DNA of 64,000 bases from Vulcanimicrobiota bacterium (lineage in GTDB: Bacteria; Vulcanimicrobiota; Vulcanimicrobiia; Vulcanimicrobiales; Vulcanimicrobiaceae), in NCBI GenBank assembly GCA_963733295.1, contig CAVTCS010000003.1:2528001-2592000 (forward strand), written 5' to 3'. This document shows, piece after piece, positions 47,070 through 55,079 of the stretch. Below the pieces are notes generated by a model. The model was not told the DNA's origin. It did not search any database and saw nothing but the letters and a program-made list of their open reading frames with translations. Position numbers and translations under genes: made by a program. Positions within the stretch are counted from its first letter, which is position 1; each line of letters begins with the position of its first letter.

Positions 47070-47840
47070 CTAAGGCGTGGGAGCGGCGAGCGATGCCTGT
47101 AGCTCGCGCAGCGGAACGAGGCTGACGCGAATGAGTCCGCTTTGCGCGTGATCTAAGTCGAGTATGACGGCGACGACCAGCGCCAGCATGAACGCGAAGA
47201 CTATCGTGGCAACGAGGTGCCGCCCAGATCGGCCGAAGCCGTATCCCAACAAAAAAGCTCCGGCCAACACGACGACCGCTAGGATGGCTACGACGACGTT
47301 CGGGATGTTTGCGTTCAAGGTTCCGGCTTCTTCTCCGCTCGTATCGATCGTGGTATTTAGACTCGAAATAAAAAGCAGGGTGACCATCGAGCGTGGGTCG
47401 AGCTGGGATTGCGCGTGCGCGACGGACCACATCCGTTCTTGCAGCCGATCGGAGCGGGCCGAGGCGCGCGCCTGCGCGTCCCTGTCGCGGTCGGCTAACG
47501 CGAAGGCGAGACGCGTTCCGACGTAGTCGAGCAACGTCGCGCGCATCTGTCGAGCTTCCGCTTGCGGAAGAAGCTCGCTGCGCAGCGCGGTCGTGCCGAT
47601 CGCGTTCGCCTCTTTCACGACGAGCAGCCGGCGCTCATCGTAGTGCGACACCGCGAGCGAAAAGGAGAAGCCGAGCAGCAAAGCGACGATGCTGAACGCC
47701 GCGCCCTCCACGATGCTGAAGGCTGCGTCGTCCTCTTTTCCCCGGCGCGTCTGTGCGAAGCGGTAGCCCAGCTCGACGCAGACAACGACCAGGATCAACA
47801 GGCCCAAGCCGATGAGGGGCGTCTCGAATCCTTGGCTCAA
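47070..47840 (-). CDS. DUF4239/bestrophin-like membrane protein
   Basis: 'ALLLGFSFS.A...Y..RR..V..EANAIGT..LR', 'I.DLD....G.I.V'; TTGA overlap with bdh. Confidence 0.82.
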   Translation of the reverse strand: MSQGFETPLIGLGLLILVVVCVELGYRFAQTRRGKEDDAAFSIVEGAAFSIVALLLGFSFSLAVSHYDERRLLVVKEANAIGTTALRSELLPQAEARQMRATLLDYVGTRLAFALADRDRDAQARASARSDRLQERMWSVAHAQSQLDPRSMVTLLFISSLNTTIDTSGEEAGTLNANIPNVVVAILAVVVLAGAFLLGYGFGRSGRHLVATIVFAFMLALVVAVILDLDHAQSGLIRVSLVPLRELQASLAAPTP

Positions 47841-48640
47841 TGTGCCGACCAGCCGCCGTCGATCGAGATCGGCGCGCCGGTGATCGAACGCGCCGCATCC
47901 GAACACAAGAACGCGCAGAGTTGGCCGACTTCTTGCGGCTCGATAAAGCGGTTCGTCGGCATCGCCTCCAAGAAGGCGCGCTGGAGAGCTTGCTCCTCGG
48001 AGATTCCACCGCCGTACGATTGCACGAGCGCCGCAGCTTGATTGCGCACGAGGTCGGTCAGCACCGCGCCCGGACAGACCGCGTTCACGGTGATCCCGAG
48101 GGACGCACCCTCGATCGCCGAGGCCCGCGTGAGCCCGACGACGCCGTGCTTGGCTGCGACGTACGCCGCCTTATAGGGTGACGCCACCAAGCCGTGTACG
48201 CTCGCGATGTTGACGATGCGCCCGCGCTTTCGGGCCGCCATATGTCCCCACACCGCTTTGGTCGCAAGAAACACGCCGTCCAGATTGATCGAGGTAACGA
48301 AGTCCCACTGATCGTCGGGAAACTCGCCGAAAGGCGCGACGAATTGGACGCCGGCGTTGTTGATGAGGTGATCGATGCCGCCGAAGTCGGCCGCGACCGC
48401 GTCGCACATGCCTCGCACCAGCTCGGGTTTGCGCACGTCGACCGAATATCCGCGCGCCTTGACGCCGGTCTCCTTCGCGATGCGCCCGGCGGTCATCCCC
48501 GCTTCGTTGCCGTCGAGGTCAAAGAGCGCAAGGGAAGAACCCGCGCGGGCCAATTCGAGGCCCGCGGCCGCGCCGATGCCGCGGCTTCCGCCCGTCACGA
48601 TGCTGACGCGCCCGGAGAGATCGATGAATGAAGCAGCCAT
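47837..48640 (-). CDS. bdh: 3-hydroxybutyrate dehydrogenase (SDR)
   Basis: TGGSRGIG, 'NNAGVQ', 'SVHGLVAS..K.AYVAAKHG', 'CPG.V.T.LV..Q'. Confidence 0.85.
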   Translation of the reverse strand: MAASFIDLSGRVSIVTGGSRGIGAAAGLELARAGSSLALFDLDGNEAGMTAGRIAKETGVKARGYSVDVRKPELVRGMCDAVAADFGGIDHLINNAGVQFVAPFGEFPDDQWDFVTSINLDGVFLATKAVWGHMAARKRGRIVNIASVHGLVASPYKAAYVAAKHGVVGLTRASAIEGASLGITVNAVCPGAVLTDLVRNQAAALVQSYGGGISEEQALQRAFLEAMPTNRFIEPQEVGQLCAFLCSDAARSITGAPISIDGGWSAH

Positions 48641-49572
48641 TACGATTTGAGGCGTTCGCGAAAATACGCGACGGTCTTTTCCAGGCCCGCGAGCAACGGG
48701 GTAGCGGACTTCCAGCCCAGCTCGCGCGCCGCCAGCGCGGAATCGAACTGCGCGTCGCGCACGTCGCCGGCACGCTTTGGAAGCCGCTCCACCGGGGCTT
48801 CGAAGCCGGTCACCTCGACCAGCGCGCGATAGATTTGGTTGACGCTCGTCTTGATTCCGGTACCGATGACGAAGGCGGTGTCGCTGCCTTTCTGGAGCGC
48901 CAGCAGGTTCGCCGCCGCGACGTCTTCCGCGTAGACGTAGTCGCGCGTCTGTTCGCCGTCCCAGAAGACCTTCACGCCTTCTCGCGCGAGGAAGCGCGCG
49001 ATGAAGATCGCGATGACGCCGGCCTCGCCGTTGGGATCTTGACGTGGACCGTAGACGTTCCCGTAACGCAGAATCGTAGAATCGATGCCGTGCTGCAGCT
49101 TGTAGAAGCGCAGGTAGTGCTCGCCGGTCAGCTTGGTGATCGCGTAGGGTGATTCGGGCAGTTGCGGCGTCGCTTCCGTGATCGGGAGCCGCTTGGGTTC
49201 ACCGAACGTGGCGCCGCTCGATGCATAGACGACTTTTCGCACGCCGCTCTTCTGCGCACTTTCCAGAACGTTCAAGAGTCCGTTGACGTTGACGTCGGCG
49301 TCGTAGTGCGGATCGCGCGCGCTCATCGCGACGCTGTGCTGAGCAGCGTGGTGGCTGACCACCTCGGGCTGGAAATCGCGGAAGGCCGCCGCCAAGGCGG
49401 CGTCGCGGATGTCGAGCTGGAGAAAAGCCGCCGCGCCGGGCACGTTTTCGCGCCGCCCTCCGCCGTGCTCCCACAAGCTGTCGACGACGAGCACGTCGTG
49501 TCCCGCGGCGAGATACGCATCCACGACGTGTGAGCCGATAAACCCGGCGCCGCCGGTAACGAGTATGCGCAT
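48640..49572 (-). CDS. NAD-dependent epimerase/dehydratase (UDP-glucose 4-epimerase-like)
   Basis: 'ILVTGGAGFIGSH', YxxxK 'YAITK', 'RYGNVYGPRQ', 'GEQTRDYVY'. Confidence 0.9.
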   Translation of the reverse strand: MRILVTGGAGFIGSHVVDAYLAAGHDVLVVDSLWEHGGGRRENVPGAAAFLQLDIRDAALAAAFRDFQPEVVSHHAAQHSVAMSARDPHYDADVNVNGLLNVLESAQKSGVRKVVYASSGATFGEPKRLPITEATPQLPESPYAITKLTGEHYLRFYKLQHGIDSTILRYGNVYGPRQDPNGEAGVIAIFIARFLAREGVKVFWDGEQTRDYVYAEDVAAANLLALQKGSDTAFVIGTGIKTSVNQIYRALVEVTGFEAPVERLPKRAGDVRDAQFDSALAARELGWKSATPLLAGLEKTVAYFRERLKS

Positions 49573-49668
49573 CGCGGCTCGTCGTTCTGGCGCTCGCCGA
49601 AAAGGCCCTCGCTCCTCGTTAGGAGCGCGGGAGAACGGTCCTTGCGTCACTCAAACTGGGCCGAAACC

Positions 49669-51000
49669 CTATTCGGAAAGATCCCCGAGCCAGCGCAACG
49701 CGCCCAGACTTGGAAGAAAGCAGTACTCGCCGCCTCGCGTAATGACAAACCGCGACAAGCCCTTCAGCTGGCGCCGGAGCGGCCGGCGAGGTATGCCATA
49801 GGCTCCCTCTCCGTCGCCGGCGCCGGAAATCGGATCGCGCTCCTTACCGTCGCCGAAAAACGCGCCGTCGTTCATCCACTCCGATTGAACGAATTCAAAC
49901 TGTCGTCCGATGTTCGCGCCAACGAAAGCGAACATCAGACCTCGATCGGCGCCGTCGTCCTCGAGAATGCCCTCGGGAAGCGCCGGACCGTAGCCGCTTC
50001 CACGCCGAATCATGCGATGGATCCGCAAAACCCCCGCAATATCCGAATCGCGCGGATTCATGCGGCGAATGTGCGAGCCGAGCGGTGTCTTATAACCGAT
50101 CGCGTCGTCGGCTTTGAAAAGAAAGTTATTGTTGCGCGCAGGATCGACGCCAATCGCCGGATCGTCGGCATCGGGCGATAGGGCCAAAGGCGTGCCGCTG
50201 CGCCAACGCCCCATCATCTTCGCCGCGATCAATTCTTCGTCGGCGGCATCGCTGGCGTTGGCTCGAAGATACTGGCGGAACGCCGCCACCCGCTGATGGA
50301 GTTTGCGAAAGACGACGTAGCTGCCGTTTCGGCCGAGCCGATCCGGCTGCGGGATCATCGGCGTATCGCCCATTTCGTCCGGGTAGCCAAGTACGAACTC
50401 ACCGGCCTTGAGCGGTACTTCATGGGGATTTGTTCCCGGAATGCCGCTGCCCTCAATGGCCGGATGGCTGATGCCGTCTTTGAATCCGAACGGTTCTTTC
50501 TCGTCCTTGAGCACGTGGCAATCTTGGCGCCAAATCGCTTCTACGCTGGGCAAGCCCTGTAGTACGCCTTTGGCACGTTCAACGGCCGTCTGCAGTTGCG
50601 CGTCGCTGTTGGATACGGCCGTGATCACGACGTGAACGTCGGGGGTTCCCAACGGCGGCTCCCAATGTTCAGGGCTGCTCTCGCCTACGTCGCCCAAGGC
50701 GCTCGCGCGCGCCGCCATGCCTTGCACGAACGGTCTGGGAAATGTCTCGAGCGATGCGGACGGAACGCCGAGCGTGCGAAGGCCCGCAAACGTGAGCCCC
50801 GCACTCACCCATGTGTCGCGCGTCGGGCTGTCTGGATGAGCCGCCGATGGCAGGGTGCTACTGAGGCGGCGCATCAGTTCGCGTCCTGCGGCGCGGTCGT
50901 CGATGCGTAAGACGATGTACGTCGCGGCAAACGGAGTGGGGCGCGGCCGAAGCACGCCGCTTTGAATGTCGGCTAAGTCCAACACCGGCGCGGCGCTCAT
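49669..51000 (-). CDS. Dyp-type (dye-decolorizing) peroxidase
   Basis: 'DIQ.G', 'FGFKDGISHP' (GxxDG), 'NGSY.VFRK..Q.V', proximal 'HIRRMNPR', distal 'RRG'; no signal peptide. Confidence 0.92.
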   Translation of the reverse strand: MSAAPVLDLADIQSGVLRPRPTPFAATYIVLRIDDRAAGRELMRRLSSTLPSAAHPDSPTRDTWVSAGLTFAGLRTLGVPSASLETFPRPFVQGMAARASALGDVGESSPEHWEPPLGTPDVHVVITAVSNSDAQLQTAVERAKGVLQGLPSVEAIWRQDCHVLKDEKEPFGFKDGISHPAIEGSGIPGTNPHEVPLKAGEFVLGYPDEMGDTPMIPQPDRLGRNGSYVVFRKLHQRVAAFRQYLRANASDAADEELIAAKMMGRWRSGTPLALSPDADDPAIGVDPARNNNFLFKADDAIGYKTPLGSHIRRMNPRDSDIAGVLRIHRMIRRGSGYGPALPEGILEDDGADRGLMFAFVGANIGRQFEFVQSEWMNDGAFFGDGKERDPISGAGDGEGAYGIPRRPLRRQLKGLSRFVITRGGEYCFLPSLGALRWLGDLSE

Positions 51001-52004
51001 TTGGTCGCGAGATTGGCCCAGAAGCGCTCTAGGCTTTCGTCTCCGCCAAACAGGGTCGTGAAAATGGTCGAATCGGCGAGCAGAATATCACCGGCGCGAT
51101 CGCCGTTCGGCGGCATCCACAGGAACATGTTGAACTCGCGGTTCCCCGCCTCGGTAAACGGATGCGGCTTCGACATGTCGATCGGCTGCCGCGCCAGCAC
51201 GTGGATCGCCTTCGAATCGTCCGTCGTCACGGCATAGTGCGGCAGATGCATGTGAAAGACAAACGTGCTCACACCGTCGAGCCAGCCGCGGCGATCCAAA
51301 TCGCCGGCGATCGAAAGCGGAACGGTTTTCGTCGTGTCGGGATGCGTCGCGGGCCGCAATCCCCAACGGTTTTGGACCGGCACGCCGAGCCCGCTCATCA
51401 GCGAACGCGTATACGTGCCGAAGCGCTGCTGACGCGGAACCAGCGGATCGCCATGGTGCGCGTACTCCATGTCGCGCTCTTTGAAGTCATTGGATGAGCC
51501 CACGTCGTGGTGCGGCCCGAGGATGAGGCACGTCCCCTCACGAGCGAGAAAGGCCCGAAGAGCCTCAAGCTCTTCGGGTGCGGCTTCCTCTTCCATGGCC
51601 ATGTGATCGAGCCCGAAAACCATCAGCGTATCGGTGTCGGCGAGAATCCGTTCGTCGATCGGCTGTTTCTGGCCGGCCTGATCGACGCGCTGGTAGACGG
51701 CCACGGGCCGATCGGTTGCTTCGCCCACGGCGCGCTGAAAGCTCAGCAGCGAAAGATGAAACAGTTCCAGCGTCCCCTCGATGCCCTGAAGGAACAGTTT
51801 TTCCGAGTATGCTTCCGTTTCGTAGGCGGGCCACGCCACGCGACGCACTTCGGTCATCGTCGAAAAGCGATTGTCGAGCACTCTGACATCGCGATTCGAT
51901 TCCCAGGGATAGCTCCAGGTCCAATAGACGCTGAAGCGGCGATTTCCCTTCGAGTATTTTCGCGGTATGTGAAGCTGGTTATAGGTACGAGCGGTGGCAC
52001 TCAT
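50997..52004 (-). CDS. Hypothetical protein (possible GATase-I-like alpha/beta fold, His-rich)
   Basis: 335 aa, ATGA overlaps at both ends; 'DTL.VFGLDH', 'LGPHHD', 'HHGD', 'HMHLPH'. Confidence 0.85.
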   Translation of the reverse strand: MSATARTYNQLHIPRKYSKGNRRFSVYWTWSYPWESNRDVRVLDNRFSTMTEVRRVAWPAYETEAYSEKLFLQGIEGTLELFHLSLLSFQRAVGEATDRPVAVYQRVDQAGQKQPIDERILADTDTLMVFGLDHMAMEEEAAPEELEALRAFLAREGTCLILGPHHDVGSSNDFKERDMEYAHHGDPLVPRQQRFGTYTRSLMSGLGVPVQNRWGLRPATHPDTTKTVPLSIAGDLDRRGWLDGVSTFVFHMHLPHYAVTTDDSKAIHVLARQPIDMSKPHPFTEAGNREFNMFLWMPPNGDRAGDILLADSTIFTTLFGGDESLERFWANLATK

Positions 52005-52561
52005 TGCATTTGGTCGAGCATGTGGCCGAGCGACCGCTTCACGTGCAGGGCCTTTTTGATCTCATCGGCCGAGACGAACGGATACTCGCCATACTCCAGG
52101 AAACTCGGCCGATGGTGATCGCGCACGAACTTGGTGAATGCCGGGACATTGGTCTTCCAGTCGTCAGGAAAGCCTTCCAGGTTCTCAAAGGACGTGCTCA
52201 ACCCAATTTTTCCGAAAAGCGCCACTGCGTCGTCGGTGTATTTGTCGAAGTCCGTGTCGAAGATGCCCTGGTACATAAAATACGTCTCGTTATTGATGTC
52301 GAAGAGGACCCACTTAAGATAGTGCAGCTTGAGCGACGCCAAAAAATTGGGGTCGCCTTTCAATGCTTTTTCAACGGCGTCGGCATACCCGCGCATCGCG
52401 GCTTCGCGGCCGGGCTTGAGCTTTGCGATCATCGTGAATCCATAGCAGGCCGGGGTTTTGGGGAAGATTGGTCCGTATTCGCCTTCCTTACGCTCGAAGT
52501 ACCCACCCTCTGGGATCGCCATCGCCTGTGGTTTGACCCAATCGCCGTCTTGCGCAGCCAT
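52001..52561 (-). CDS. Hypothetical protein, Dyp-associated ferredoxin-like barrel
   Basis: GGAG SD; 'IAKLKPG', 'LHYLKWVLFD', 'FDTDFDKY.DD', 'EGFP'. Confidence 0.85.
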   Translation of the reverse strand: MAAQDGDWVKPQAMAIPEGGYFERKEGEYGPIFPKTPACYGFTMIAKLKPGREAAMRGYADAVEKALKGDPNFLASLKLHYLKWVLFDINNETYFMYQGIFDTDFDKYTDDAVALFGKIGLSTSFENLEGFPDDWKTNVPAFTKFVRDHHRPSFLEYGEYPFVSADEIKKALHVKRSLGHMLDQMQ

Positions 52562-52642
52562 CGCCTTCTCCTTATTGTCTGTCGGGGCCGTCCGCGTTCG
52601 TGCCGGCAAATGGCCGGACCTCGCGGATGATATGATTGGAAG

Positions 52643-53554
52643 ATGCTACCACCGCCAACTCCCGCCCCGGTGGCAACTCCCGCCCCGGTGGCAACCCCCG
52701 CGCCTGCGGCTACGCAGGCCCCGGTGCGTTCCGATCCATGCGGCGGCTATCAGGAGTTGTTAAAGAAATACTTATCCGCGTCGCCGTGCGTCTTTGTGGC
52801 CGGTCAAGGCGCGGTGCAGATGACGTATGCGGGTACGAACGTTCCCGAGGTCCTCACGCACACGGTCAACGGCAAAACGACGACCTTCACGATCTCGAGC
52901 AGTGCGTTCGGATATCCCGGCGCGATACTGCACGTCGGCGTGTCGCCGACCTCGCAGGTTACGATCGTGCTGCCCTCGTTCTCGCAAATCAGCAGCACGC
53001 AGAACGGGACCGTCGCCGGCGCGGACGATATGGAATTCCGCTACAAACAGCTAGCCTATACGAATCCGAAGGCGGGCATCTTAGCCGGTGTGCTGGCGAC
53101 CTACCAAGCCCCGACTGGGTCGCCCGCCCTCACGGCGCCAGGTCCGTCGTATGAAATCAATCCGCTCCTGAATATTGCCCTAAACCGGGCGAGGACGATC
53201 GCCGAGAACCTGTCGTTTCCGGTCACGAACGCATCCTCGGCGCAGCCCGGTGGCGCGCGAACGTGGAGCTTCTCGCCGCAAGCCGTCACGGTATGGCGCT
53301 CCCCTGGCGGGACGCTGCTGGCGGTCATCGGACAATATGGCGTTACGTCAAACAGGCTATATCTCACGCTGAATACCGCGCAGCTCATCGCACGGAACTT
53401 CCAAATTCAGGGAACATACGGCGGCAACAATGCGCCGGTCGACTACGTGAATCCCGTAGAGGACGTCCCGCACGCCGCCGGCACGGCCTATAGCCGAACG
53501 TTCACGATCGGCTTCACTTATCTCATGGGTTACAGCGCGGCTCCGTCGCGATAA
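52643..53554 (+). CDS. Hypothetical protein with outer-membrane-barrel-like strands (MetA-pathway transporter-like)
   Basis: Pro/Ala N-terminal repeat, DPC..PC pair, alternating amphipathic strands, 'APTGS', C-terminal 'IGFTYL'. Confidence 0.7.
   Translation: MLPPPTPAPVATPAPVATPAPAATQAPVRSDPCGGYQELLKKYLSASPCVFVAGQGAVQMTYAGTNVPEVLTHTVNGKTTTFTISSSAFGYPGAILHVGVSPTSQVTIVLPSFSQISSTQNGTVAGADDMEFRYKQLAYTNPKAGILAGVLATYQAPTGSPALTAPGPSYEINPLLNIALNRARTIAENLSFPVTNASSAQPGGARTWSFSPQAVTVWRSPGGTLLAVIGQYGVTSNRLYLTLNTAQLIARNFQIQGTYGGNNAPVDYVNPVEDVPHAAGTAYSRTFTIGFTYLMGYSAAPSR
52657..52700 (+). repeat. 18-bp in-frame tandem repeat (TPAPVA)
   Basis: actcccgccccggtggca x2 plus a degenerate third unit. Confidence 0.7.
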
Positions 53555-53559
53555 CCGCA

Positions 53560-54957
53560 ATGCGGAAATTCGATGTCATCGTCATCGGGGCTGGGCCGGC
53601 CGGGACCGCGGCAGCAATGCGCGCCGGCGACCTCGGCGCCAAGACCGCGTTGATCACGCGCGGTGCCTACGGCGGGATGGCGGCAAACGAAGGGCCGATT
53701 CCTGTTCGCGTTTTGGCGCATGCGGCGCGCTTGGCGCGTGAAGCACGCCAGCTGGCGCAGTACGGCATTGGCGTGGAACGGCCGTCACTTGACTATCCGC
53801 GCTTGCTGGAACGCGCGCGAGAGGTCGTCGGCGAGGCGCGCCGCCACTCCACGTTGCTCGAACAAATCAAAAACGCCGGCGTCGAGCTCTTCGAGCATGC
53901 CGGAACGGCCGAATTCGGCGATCCACAAACCATTCGCAGTGCGTCGGCACCGACGTTACGTGGCCAGCGGATAGTCATCTGTTCCGGCGGCGTGAGCCGC
54001 GCGCTCGACATTCCCGGCGGGCACTTGACGGTTACTCCTGGCGATGCCTTCTCCTTGACTGCCGTTCCAAAATCCATGATTGTGATCGGCGCGGGCGCGA
54101 CCGGCGTGCAAGTTGCGTCGATCTTCAATGCGCTCGGTTCTTCCGTGACAATCTGTCAGGCCGGCCCACGAATCATCGCGAGCGAAGACGCCGAAATTTC
54201 GGATGCCGTCGCTGCGGCCTTTGGCGAAGACGGCATCGCAATCCAGCAAGGTTTCGGTACGATCGAGCGCATCGACCGCACGGCGAAGGGCCTTACCGTA
54301 ACCTTGGGAGGCGGCCAACCGCCCCTTGAAGCCGAGGTAGTCGTTTGCGCGATCGGCTGGAGCGCCGATACCGACGCGCTGAACCTAAAGCTGCCCGGCG
54401 TCAAAACCAATTCGCGCGGTTTCATCGAGGTCGACGATTCGCTTCGCACGAGCGCTGCGCACATCTATGCAGCGGGCGACGTCATCGGCCGGTCGATGCT
54501 CGTTCCGCCCGCCGTTCGCGACGGATTCATCGCGGGAAACAATGCGGCCGGGGCAGAGCGGCTCACGGTGCCAGTCGACGTCGAGCCTGTCGGCAGCTTC
54601 ACGGATCCCGAGTACGCGAAGGTCGGACTGACTGAGGAGCAGGCCCGCGGACAATACGACGCAATCGTATCGCACGCGTCATACGCCGAAACGACGCGGC
54701 CGATCATCGACGGTCGAACTCGCGGATTCTGCAAGCTCATTATCGATCGCAACACGCACCAAATATTAGGCTGCCACATCGTCGGTGAGCGGGCCGTTGA
54801 GGTGACTCAAATGGCTGCGATCGCCATGACCGCTGGAATGACCGTCGATGCCGTAGCACGCATTCCGTTGTCGTTTCCAACCTACGCCAACGTCTTCGGG
54901 CGGGCGGCCTTGCGAGCAGTCCGAAAACTCGGCATCGGCGCGACCAGTGAGCTTTGA
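53560..54957 (+). CDS. Class I pyridine nucleotide-disulfide oxidoreductase homologue lacking catalytic cysteines
   Basis: GAGPAG FAD motif, GAGATG NAD motif, 'IYAAGDV', dimerisation domain; GGMAANEGPIP in place of GGxCxxxGCxP. Confidence 0.9.
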   Translation: MRKFDVIVIGAGPAGTAAAMRAGDLGAKTALITRGAYGGMAANEGPIPVRVLAHAARLAREARQLAQYGIGVERPSLDYPRLLERAREVVGEARRHSTLLEQIKNAGVELFEHAGTAEFGDPQTIRSASAPTLRGQRIVICSGGVSRALDIPGGHLTVTPGDAFSLTAVPKSMIVIGAGATGVQVASIFNALGSSVTICQAGPRIIASEDAEISDAVAAAFGEDGIAIQQGFGTIERIDRTAKGLTVTLGGGQPPLEAEVVVCAIGWSADTDALNLKLPGVKTNSRGFIEVDDSLRTSAAHIYAAGDVIGRSMLVPPAVRDGFIAGNNAAGAERLTVPVDVEPVGSFTDPEYAKVGLTEEQARGQYDAIVSHASYAETTRPIIDGRTRGFCKLIIDRNTHQILGCHIVGERAVEVTQMAAIAMTAGMTVDAVARIPLSFPTYANVFGRAALRAVRKLGIGATSEL

Positions 54958-55079
54958 CTTCTTTAACGAACACCCGGCGTTGCCCCAGCATGTCCGAGAG
55001 ACCCCGCCCACGACGGCGGCGCGACAGCCGATAGAGAAGCCTCCTTTCCGGTAAGAAGAAACGTCGCGATTGAATAGGC

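Noticed and set aside
54963..55047. Strong orphan SD (AAAGGAGG, minus strand 55047-55040)
   Set aside because: No canonical start at proper spacing and only a ~23-codon frame follows; possibly a relic, but unsupported.
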